This document shows positions 8,552 to 15,980 of a stretch of 52,596 bases of DNA, piece by piece. The stretch lies in IMG/VR virus record IMGVR_UViG_3300048057_000049, positions 1-52,596 of that record; one strand, written 5' to 3'. The notes below the pieces were generated by a model that was not told the DNA's origin, searched no databases, and was given only the letters and a program-made list of their open reading frames with translations. The position numbers and the translations under genes are program-made. Origin of the DNA: a virus. How positions within the stretch are numbered: the stretch's first letter is position 1; the number at the start of each line of letters is the position of its first letter.

Positions 8552-8772
8552 ACCCTCAAACAATAATCCCGCAAAATATTATAGTCCATTCGCGCCAAAC
8601 CTAATTGTATTTTCAATACAGGACAGGTCGCGACCGTGTAGTGCCGCGCCTGAAGATATCAAGATACATAAAGAATAAAACAAAAAAACAAAACCAGAGA
8701 ATCACAAACCACAAAAAAATCACAAACACACAAACATATGTAAAGAGAATAGGAGCAACATAAAAAGAGAGA

Positions 8773-9130
8773 TAGTTTCATTAGTTGATCCAGTTACAAC
8801 AATTCGATTAAAAGTCCACTTGAAACAACCCCAAAAAAGAAGCTCCGCAAAAGAAAAAACAAAAGAGAGGGAATAAAAGAAAAAAAGAAAGTAGTTTCAT
8901 TAGTTGATCCAGTTGCAACAACTCGATTAATGGTCTGCTTGAAACAACGCCAAAAAAGAGGGCTCCGCCAAAGAAAAGATGAAGAAAAACAAAAAGAAAA
9001 ACAGAAAGAAAAACAAAAGAGAGGGAATAAAAGAAAAAAGAAAGTAGTTTCATTAGTTGATCCAGTTGCAACAACTCGATTAATGGTCTGCTTGAAACAA
9101 CGCCAAAAAGAGGGCTCCGCCAAAGAAAAG
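8773..9130. repeat. three dispersed copies of a ~90-bp element with nested inverted repeats, separated by A-rich spacers
   Basis: Copies start at 8773, 8892 and 9045 (tagtttcattagttgatccagttgcaacaactcgattaatggtctgcttgaaacaacgccaaaaaagagggctccgccaaagaaaag). Confidence 0.9.
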
Positions 9131-9373
9131 AGAAAGACGGCCGAACCTCTGCGATCTGGCAGCCACCCCCCTAACAAAGAAAAAGACGGGTGGACATCTG
9201 CGATCTGGCAGCCACCCCCCTAACAAAGAAAAAGACGGGTGGACATCTGCGATCTGGCAGGCAGCCCCCCTAACAAAGAAAAAGACGGCCGAACCTCTGC
9301 GATCTGGCAGGCAGCCCCCCTAACAAAGAAAAAGACGGCCGAACCTCTGCGATCTGGCAGGCAGCCCCCCTAA
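9121..9373. repeat. five tandem 49-50-bp repeats
   Basis: Unit taacaaagaaaaagacgg[ccgaacct|gtggacat]ctgcgatctggcag[g|c]ca[g|c]cccccc. Unit boundaries at 9172, 9221, 9271, 9321 and 9371. Confidence 0.95.
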
Positions 9374-9507
9374 AAACCTACTAACCCGTAAAGATTAGAA
9401 AGACATGAGAGAACAGGCATTATGTCAATCAACGTCAAGCAATTCTAACCCGTACAGAGTACAATAAAGAGAAAACCTACCCGCCGAAAACGGCAAAGGA
9501 AAATGAC

Positions 9508-10296
9508 ATGAGTAAAACATATCAATGTGGACTTTTAACCGAAAAGACAAGAACCCCCCGCGAGTTTAACCAACTGAGAAACACGATCAGCGCCATGATA
9601 GAGGGCATCAAAACCCCAACCATTTTTCACGTACTCCCGTCATCAGACGCAAACAAGGCAGTAAGAGCAGCAACGCACAGCCACCCCCATATCACCGTAA
9701 AAATTCATTATAGCGACCTGAACGGAAAAGGTTACTATGAGCGCATGAGCGAAATCAGACGAAACGCTGGACGCATGGCAGCCGAGATCGACGGCTTAAT
9801 TATCCTAACCGAGACCCCCTCGCAACTTGACCAGCAGATCATCAATAAGGCACAAGATCGCCATATCGCCATCGAAACGGCAAAGATCAAAACAGCCTCA
9901 CCCGCGAAACCAGGCAAAACCTACCACATGCACGAAAAAAACATGCCATACCGTGTAAACATCCGTAATTATGCGACCTGGACAGAGTTAACCAACGACC
10001 TAAACAACCGCGACATAGACGGAAAGCAACCAATTTACTGTGGAGCAGCAAGCGAGCACAAAAAAGTCAAAGGATCGCCACTAGCGAACCAATGGAGAGG
10101 CAGAGCAGACTGGCAGCAAAAATACAAGGCTTGGCTATGGTCGCGAATTCAAGCGAAAGATCCGGCTATCATGCGCGAGTTATCACGCATAAGCCCCACA
10201 ACCCCTTTAGTTTGTTGGTGTCATGGACAGAAAGAGTGTCACACCGATATTATCCGCAAAGCGGCCGCTTATGTAAGGAAAAACACCCAATTTTAG
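9508..10296 (+). CDS. SLOG/DUF2493-like N-terminal domain fused to a DUF4326-like C-terminal domain
   Basis: YSDLNGKGYYERMSEIRRNAGRMAAEIDGLIIL resembles the DUF2493 core. The C-terminal LVCWCHGQKECHTDII resembles the DUF4326 CWC..CH signature. Both are recalled from memory. Confidence 0.5.
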   Translation: MSKTYQCGLLTEKTRTPREFNQLRNTISAMIEGIKTPTIFHVLPSSDANKAVRAATHSHPHITVKIHYSDLNGKGYYERMSEIRRNAGRMAAEIDGLIILTETPSQLDQQIINKAQDRHIAIETAKIKTASPAKPGKTYHMHEKNMPYRVNIRNYATWTELTNDLNNRDIDGKQPIYCGAASEHKKVKGSPLANQWRGRADWQQKYKAWLWSRIQAKDPAIMRELSRISPTTPLVCWCHGQKECHTDIIRKAAAYVRKNTQF

Positions 10297-10306
10297 AGCA
10301 GTTAAA

Positions 10307-10330
10307 GCCAACAAGGTTAACCTTGTTGGC
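10307..10330 (+). terminator. perfect 24-nt palindrome / hairpin after 9508..10296
   Basis: gccaacaaggtt | aaccttgttggc. Confidence 0.4.
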
Positions 10331-10877
10331 TGACCATTGACCTAAAATTAAAAATTTAGTGCACTTTCAAGAGGTTGGAAGCAGCAAACAAAACAGCCCC
10401 TTAAAAACCGAATAATAAAAGCCCCCAGAGCTTCGGCGTTATAGATTGCCAGGCAAAAGTAAAACATAAGCCGTATGACAACTGCTTGACAGCGACTAAA
10501 TGTCAGAAACGCAACTAACACGAAGCAGAAAAAACCCGCTTTATTATTCCTTACATCCGTGTAGTTATGAGCAGAGACACGGCATAGTTGGAAGAAAGCC
10601 TAATCAGCAAGCAGACGACAGTTTCAAGATCTTTTGCACACCCCCAAACACCCCCAAACACCCCCCCCTAACACCCAATCAGAGCGAGAGCAGCCATAAA
10701 ACCGCACCGATTTCTTGTCTAGTCAATAAGAACGGTGCAACTAAAAAGAGATTGAGCAGGATCAACGCTTAGGTGAGAAAACACCTAGAGAGCAGGCAGA
10801 CCAACGAAAAACGACAAAAAAAACACCCCCACCCATTATTTTATCCATTCACAAGCAAACCATAGGAGAACAAAACA

Positions 10878-11330
10878 ATGATCGCCTTAACAATAATCGG
10901 AACATGCCCACCAAAACATAACATTGACCTCTTGACGCAGATTGACCATATTTATAATAGTGCAGACCATGAATATATCTGCTACTTTGGACCAAACGAA
11001 ACAGCCGAGACCATACGCCAATACGCACAGCTAGAACGTGTTCCTTTTCTTCATGATCTTGACAAATTCTACACTAGCAGGCAACGATTAGAAACAGCCC
11101 AAACGTTGATTATAATCAATGCCTGCGCGCAACAACATAAGGTCAGACAAACACGGCAACGATACCAAATCATGAGTATTGCAGCAAACGCAGATCGACC
11201 TATTGAAACACACATGATCTACACACACCACCAGGCCGAAACGACGCGGCGCCAAGACCAAGAGCCAACAACAACAACGATCATAAACCCCAAACCGCCA
11301 AGGAGAAACACGCGACGCCCACGACGCTAA
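10878..11330 (+). CDS. hypothetical protein, possibly a second SLOG/DUF2493-like protein with an Arg-rich tail
   Basis: SD aggaga upstream. The N-terminus MIALTIIGTCPP is followed by a Rossmann-like alternation, and the C-terminus is PPRRNTRRPRR. Confidence 0.45.
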   Translation: MIALTIIGTCPPKHNIDLLTQIDHIYNSADHEYICYFGPNETAETIRQYAQLERVPFLHDLDKFYTSRQRLETAQTLIIINACAQQHKVRQTRQRYQIMSIAANADRPIETHMIYTHHQAETTRRQDQEPTTTTIINPKPPRRNTRRPRR

Positions 11331-11574
11331 CCCGTACAGAGCTATATAATCATACAATTAAAATAGCTCAAAAAAATTTCCGCTGCGCGGCAAGGGGGAC
11401 AATCTTTATTGAACGCCATACGCGAATCATTAAACCATATTTAGGGGTCATCCCCACCCATTATTACTGTATTATATGCCCGTACAGAGCTATATAATCA
11501 TACAATTAAAATAGCTCAAAAAAATTTCCGCTGCGCGGCAAGGGGGACAATCTTTATTGAACGCCGTACGCGAA
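11331..11574. repeat. two 96-bp direct repeats (11331-11426 and 11479-11574)
   Basis: cccgtacagagctatataatcatacaattaaaatagctcaaaaaaatttccgctgcgcggcaagggggacaatctttattgaacgcc[a/g]tacgcgaa. Confidence 0.95.
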
Positions 11575-11612
11575 AAAGATAATAGTTTATTGTTGACCAA
11601 CCGGTTGTCTAG

Positions 11613-11650
11613 GATGAATTGAATATGTCCTGAGTACGACATCAAAAACT
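11613..11650 (+). repeat. 38-bp conserved element, copy A (copy B at 12149-12186)
   Basis: gatgaattgaatatgtcctgagtacgacatcaaaaact. Lies 44-50 nt upstream of the starts at 11694 and 12236. Confidence 0.9.
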
Positions 11651-11693
11651 ACTCACTTTTATTTAATAACTTCAGCAAAAAAGGAAGATAAAA

Positions 11694-11912
11694 ATGACGT
11701 ATCTTGAAAAAAATAGCGCTCATTCATCAGTAAAGAAGGCTGCATATCGCCAAGGCGTACGGGGCGATTGGAAATGGCAATGGAGGAACGCCAGGACTGC
11801 CGACGAGATGATGGTATTCATTGTGGATAACAATGGTAATGAATACGAAATTGAATCTTGGGAACTCGACTGGATGCAGGACCTCAGCTGGAGTGATGTT
11901 CAGTCGCTTTAA
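11694..11912 (+). CDS. small basic hypothetical protein (paralog of 21694..21906)
   Basis: SD aaggaag upstream. Shares KKAAYRQGxRGxWKWxxRNARTADE with the second copy. Confidence 0.6.
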   Translation: MTYLEKNSAHSSVKKAAYRQGVRGDWKWQWRNARTADEMMVFIVDNNGNEYEIESWELDWMQDLSWSDVQSL

Positions 11913-11961
11913 TAAATAGCAGACAATTTTTATTTAATCACTTTACACATGTTCAATTAGT

Positions 11962-11985
11962 AAGGCCGGTTTGAGCACCGGCCTT
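11962..11985 (+). terminator. intergenic hairpin, TGAGCA-loop family
   Basis: aaggccggt ttgagc accggcctt. Confidence 0.45.
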
Positions 11986-11999
11986 AAAGGGGAAATATC

Positions 12000-12149
12000 A
12001 TGCAGAAACAAACACAACAAACACAATTGGTAATGGAAGAGGAAACAAAGAAATCCGCAAAACTGCGCCGGATCGAGAACCGCAGGGATCGCCGCCAGAG
12101 CAAGCAGTATATCGTGACCTTCAGGGGGAGGAGGACTGGCCAGCTATAG
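12000..12149 (+). CDS. small basic ORF (49 aa, below the track cutoff)
   Basis: ATG at 12000 preceded by aaagggga, the same SD type as other genes here. Contains a basic stretch RRIENRRDRRQSKQ. Confidence 0.4.
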   Translation: MQKQTQQTQLVMEEETKKSAKLRRIENRRDRRQSKQYIVTFRGRRTGQL

Positions 12150-12186
12150 ATGAATTGAATATGTCCTGAGTACGACATCAAAAACT
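12149..12186 (+). repeat. 38-bp conserved element, copy B
   Basis: Identical to 11613-11650. Confidence 0.9.
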
Positions 12187-12235
12187 GCTCGTTTATAAAC
12201 CAATTTAAGGCTCAACATTGAGCAGGAGAAACAAC

Positions 12236-12649
12236 ATGACGCAACAATTTCAGCAAATCATTGTACGTGGAAACTTAGGTAAAGATCCCCAGCAAGGAAC
12301 TATGCCATCAGGTCAGGAAGTTTCAAACTTCCCGATCTGCAACACCCAATCGTGGGTGGACTCAAACGGCAACTCCCATGAGTTCAACACCTGGTTCAAG
12401 GTTGAAGTTATGGGCAACCTTGCAGCACCTTGCAATCTGTATCTGCACAAGGGATCAGACGTTCTTGTCGTCGGCCGTATGGTCGGCGATCAATATGGCA
12501 ATCCGAAAGTCTGGAACGACAGCGATGGCAACCCTCGTGCAAACTTCATTATCCGAGCCACCAAGGTCGAGTTTCTGAACAAGAGCAACGGAAACGACCA
12601 GCAGACGGCCGTCGTAACGGAAGATCCAACCGAAGGCATCCCGTTCTAG
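12236..12649 (+). CDS. ssb: single-stranded DNA-binding protein
   Basis: OB-fold start IIVRGNLGKDPQ and an acidic C-terminal tip EDPTEGIPF. The ATG at 12236 has aggaga 6 nt upstream and is preferred over the TTG at 12218. Confidence 0.85.
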   Translation: MTQQFQQIIVRGNLGKDPQQGTMPSGQEVSNFPICNTQSWVDSNGNSHEFNTWFKVEVMGNLAAPCNLYLHKGSDVLVVGRMVGDQYGNPKVWNDSDGNPRANFIIRATKVEFLNKSNGNDQQTAVVTEDPTEGIPF

Positions 12650-12679
12650 TTTTTAGCATTTTAGGCAAATAAATTTAGC

Positions 12680-12710
12680 GTACCGACCGATATGAGCAAT
12701 CGGTCGGTAC
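12680..12710 (+). terminator. intergenic hairpin after ssb, TGAGCA-loop family
   Basis: gtaccgaccgat atgagca atcggtcggtac. Confidence 0.45.
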
Positions 12711-12729
12711 ATCCATAAGGGGATTTACC

Positions 12730-13287
12730 ATGATTACACGTTTCTCGATTTTTGTATTCGTTTTTACTTTGTCAGTAGTATTTCTAACACTCAGGAGTTT
12801 AGCCCAGCCGGTCTTGGCATCACCGGAAACCATTGGCAATGTCTATGTGGTGGATATCACCACTAATGTGATCGTTGATAAGGGAGTATCTCTCTTCATG
12901 TACATCCAGTATGGAACACTGGTCGCAACCGAACAATGCACAGCCGGCACAGTCAATTCCATTGTAGCCGTAGAAGTTTTCCCAAATTACGATGGTTATC
13001 GTCCTAACGGAATTGCACCGGACAACATTCGTCCCGAGTGCGGACCTCTCGACGAACGCGCCATGGGTCTATATACCGCAACAATCGCGGAACTGATGTT
13101 CCACGGCAACACCGTAATGCCACCCGATCCATTGGGTAAATATGCCAATTGGGAAGAACTCGAAGCTAACGTTAACCAGCAGTGGGACACTTTCGCCTAT
13201 CAGATGTGTGATTATCCAGGCATATATTGCACATACGCGCCGTTAGTTGGCAGCAACAACAGTTGGAATGAATATGGAGATAATTAA
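12730..13287 (+). CDS. exported hypothetical protein (paralog of 25632..26156)
   Basis: N-terminal hydrophobic signal sequence ending LAQPVLA-SP. Motifs ETIGNVYV, ECGPLDERAM and PDPLGKYANWEE are shared with the paralog. Confidence 0.6.
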   Translation: MITRFSIFVFVFTLSVVFLTLRSLAQPVLASPETIGNVYVVDITTNVIVDKGVSLFMYIQYGTLVATEQCTAGTVNSIVAVEVFPNYDGYRPNGIAPDNIRPECGPLDERAMGLYTATIAELMFHGNTVMPPDPLGKYANWEELEANVNQQWDTFAYQMCDYPGIYCTYAPLVGSNNSWNEYGDN

Positions 13288-13314
13288 CAACGGATTAAAT
13301 TAAACCAGCATTAG

Positions 13315-13339
13315 GGAGCAGGTCTAACCCACCTGCTCC
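13315..13339 (+). terminator. intergenic hairpin, GCAGGT-TAACC family
   Basis: ggagcaggt ctaaccc acctgctcc. Confidence 0.45.
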
Positions 13340-13359
13340 AAAGGATAAAGGCAACCACC

Positions 13360-13929
13360 ATGACGAACCAAGATTACCGTTTCTATTCATTTTTCAATCG
13401 TGCGGCTTTCCTGCATGCAGAATATTGTATCCCAGGCACAGACGCCGAATTCAACATGATCAAGTTTTGGGCCGGTTCAACAGAAAACGGCAAGGTAGTA
13501 GCAGACGCTTCCCACTACTTGACGTATTCAGATCTGCGCTATCTGTGCTACCTGATTTTAACACAGCACTTCGCCACGAATGGAGATCAATGGGTCTCCA
13601 TTCGGGGAAAGGTCACGGAGGAAAAGACGATATGTCGCGTATTCAAGATCCGCACAGACACCGACAAGAAGAGCGAGTTAGCCCACTTTGTAACCATTGG
13701 CCTTGGTCCAGGTCGAGAAGATCCAGCTACCGGCAAGATCAATCCCCTTTCAAACTCGCCAAAGGAAACTTGGGTGTACACGACACTCAAGTACAGCGAC
13801 GAAGCACTGACGAGATTTGCACTGGACATGCAAGCGATGTTGCAGGCAATCGAAGCGAACCACGTGGCCAAGCTAACCACAGAAAAAACGCCGGCCAGCG
13901 CAATTGATAACCCACTGCCGTGGGAATAG
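13360..13929 (+). CDS. hypothetical protein
   Basis: 189-aa ORF with SD aaagga upstream. The alternative-frame ORFs 13425..13907 and 13587..13946 are judged spurious. Confidence 0.6.
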   Translation: MTNQDYRFYSFFNRAAFLHAEYCIPGTDAEFNMIKFWAGSTENGKVVADASHYLTYSDLRYLCYLILTQHFATNGDQWVSIRGKVTEEKTICRVFKIRTDTDKKSELAHFVTIGLGPGREDPATGKINPLSNSPKETWVYTTLKYSDEALTRFALDMQAMLQAIEANHVAKLTTEKTPASAIDNPLPWE

Positions 13930-13944
13930 AAAGGAGGTACACCC

Positions 13945-15588
13945 ATGGATTACACAGATTTGGTAAATTTAGCATTGAAGCAGTCGAGCCTGATCAGGCA
14001 CAGCGACAACGCAGGAAATAATTACGTCCAGGAGGACAGTCTGATCAACACGGTATTCGAGTTGCAAACAGAAGTCCAGCGAGCAACCCCATCCAATTAT
14101 GCAGATCTAATGACACACATAGATCACAAGAGATCGGCCAACGGATTAGGAGGCAGCTTTGAGTTTTTGCCACCCGTAGTGGACTTCATAAGACGTGGTA
14201 ACTACTTCCTCATAGTTGAGGTTCCAAACTACGAGAAAGTAACCAGCTGTATCACAGACGACCTATTGAAAAGTGTAACTACACTAAACCGCAACAGGCC
14301 GTTAGAGGAGGTAGCTGAGTACTCAATCTCGCGTCTTATTACAGACAGACTGTATCCAGGGCAGATCTACACGGGGCTAGATCAGGCGGCAAAAAACGAG
14401 ATTGAAGCACACATAACGACTTTCATGGTCTCCCATGGTTGGGAGTTTGAAAAGGTAGGTTACAACGCCTACTATCACAGAAAAGTCGAAATCAACAAAG
14501 AGAACCATCGAGTCATGGACACCAAATTCGATGGTCAGATGTATGCCGAGAAATCGTTTTTTAGTGCCGTCGCCGAAGACGCTTTTGGCAAGTTCTACTA
14601 CACAGATCTAAATGACTTCTCAGACGAATTCACGAAGTATGTCATGGAAATGGCCGATCACTATGGCTATGTCCATGATCAGGAGAGAGGTTGTTTTAAG
14701 GCCAGGCCAATAGAACTGCCAGAAAACATTGTCGAGATCGGTTACAAGATTTTGCGTAACGAAGAATATTACGAGACATCCAAGGATAACCGTCAGTGCA
14801 TCCCACTGACGACAGTGCAGGAACAGTTACGCCAGTTTTCAATACCGATACGAATTGAACAGATCAAGGAACAGCTATTAGGATCACAAGGCATATGGCG
14901 CAAGCCATTGGTAGAGTGCGGCTTTGTAGTCAGAGCAAAAGAACTCACAGAGTCTAATTACCCTAATTACAAAGCACCATCATATTGGTTCGATGCTCTA
15001 TTAAAATGGCGCAAGGTCGGCACAACACACACAGATCTCAAGGCAGAATTCGCCATGGGACTGCCCGTTCATGTAGAAAAATTCGTCCTTGAAGCCGGAT
15101 CTAGCCACTTGTTGTACATCAGCCTGGTCGGATCTAAGAACGCAGTCACGGCAAATTGGGCAGCATTGATGCAGGATCGGCAGGTGGATCTACTGTATCA
15201 ATACTTCACCGTTGGCACCGCAAAAAACCACGTGCGGTTGAACACCTACTTGCCAAGCGGTTTAGTGCAAATGATCCTGATCCACAACGACCTTCTACCA
15301 CGAAACGTTAACCCAACCAGCGAAGCAGCCTACATCATCGCCCCTGAAAATGACGATAGTATGCCCAGCGAATTCCTATCCTTACTGGACAAGATAACAG
15401 ACGTGCCAATTGTACCCGAGTGGGCCGAGTACCTTTGGATTACCGGCAGAGCTATAGGACTGATCAATTACGCGTGCACACCACACAAAATGGTAGGCTG
15501 CACCTTGTGGCGAATCACCGGTCAAAAGAAATGGCGCGAGATCATCTCCACCAGCCTCGCCGCCAAGGAAATAGCCCTTTGTACGTAA
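13945..15588 (+). CDS. large hypothetical protein (547 aa)
   Basis: SD aaaggaggt upstream. Amino-acid composition is balanced and I see no recognisable motif. Confidence 0.65.
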   Translation: MDYTDLVNLALKQSSLIRHSDNAGNNYVQEDSLINTVFELQTEVQRATPSNYADLMTHIDHKRSANGLGGSFEFLPPVVDFIRRGNYFLIVEVPNYEKVTSCITDDLLKSVTTLNRNRPLEEVAEYSISRLITDRLYPGQIYTGLDQAAKNEIEAHITTFMVSHGWEFEKVGYNAYYHRKVEINKENHRVMDTKFDGQMYAEKSFFSAVAEDAFGKFYYTDLNDFSDEFTKYVMEMADHYGYVHDQERGCFKARPIELPENIVEIGYKILRNEEYYETSKDNRQCIPLTTVQEQLRQFSIPIRIEQIKEQLLGSQGIWRKPLVECGFVVRAKELTESNYPNYKAPSYWFDALLKWRKVGTTHTDLKAEFAMGLPVHVEKFVLEAGSSHLLYISLVGSKNAVTANWAALMQDRQVDLLYQYFTVGTAKNHVRLNTYLPSGLVQMILIHNDLLPRNVNPTSEAAYIIAPENDDSMPSEFLSLLDKITDVPIVPEWAEYLWITGRAIGLINYACTPHKMVGCTLWRITGQKKWREIISTSLAAKEIALCT

Positions 15589-15980
15589 TATTCGGAACGT
15601 ACAACAAAGTTAAACAGCCGATCTACTTCACATTGGAGGAACATAATGCAGCACGTTTGGTGGACGTGCTAAATAGTTCTTCGCTCATATGGGAGCAGAT
15701 CGGCTACGACGACATAATCAGTTATAGAAAAGCTACCGGTTGGAAAGACTATCCATTTACCGTCCAGCGTGTGAGTGCTGAGGGATATGTTATCAAACCC
15801 AACTGGATAGATTTTGAAGATATGCAATATAGGAGGCAATCTAATGAGACTAGCAGGACAAGAGAAAGCGGGATTCTACCCGATCCCACAATTGATGACA
15901 GACTTGATAGCGAAAGCTATCAAGAGGCAAAAGAACGACGTATCAATGAGCGTATTAGATCCATGTTGCGGGGAAGGTGA
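15579..15980 (+). CDS. candidate small ORF overlapping both neighbouring genes
   Basis: The frame-0 ORF gives protein-like sequence (GTYNKVKQPIYFTLEEHNAARLVD...GYVIKPNWIDFED) only between 15588 and 15844. No ATG is available; the possible starts are TTG at 15579 or 15633. The stop lies 137 nt inside the next gene. Confidence 0.3.
   Translation: MYVIFGTYNKVKQPIYFTLEEHNAARLVDVLNSSSLIWEQIGYDDIISYRKATGWKDYPFTVQRVSAEGYVIKPNWIDFEDMQYRRQSNETSRTRESGILPDPTIDDRLDSESYQEAKERRINERIRSMLRGR

Noticed and set aside
8794-9223. Track ORFs 8794..9177 (-), 8808..9074 (-) and 8930..9223 (+) in the repeat region
   Set aside because: The translations are low-complexity (FCFSFCFS, KEKQKEKQK) and are generated by the A-rich and repeat DNA. 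There is no SD, and the frames simply follow the repeats.
8773-9373. Possible CRISPR array or solitary CRISPR-like repeats (units begin GTTTCA and end TGAAAC)
   Set aside because: The repeat units are 50-90 bp with irregular 30-65-bp A-rich spacers that are themselves duplicated. The only variable segment in the 50-bp array is 8 nt long. There are no cas genes. This is not a CRISPR architecture.
10500-10772. ORF 10500..10772 (+, 90 aa)
   Set aside because: There is no SD. The translation is Pro/Thr/Lys low-complexity derived from the C/A-rich repeats (PPNTPKHPPLTPN).
11984-12181. Minus-strand ORF 11984..12181
   Set aside because: It is antisense to a better-supported plus-strand small ORF (12000..12149, with an aaagggga SD), and its translation is hydrophobic and Cys-rich with no SD.
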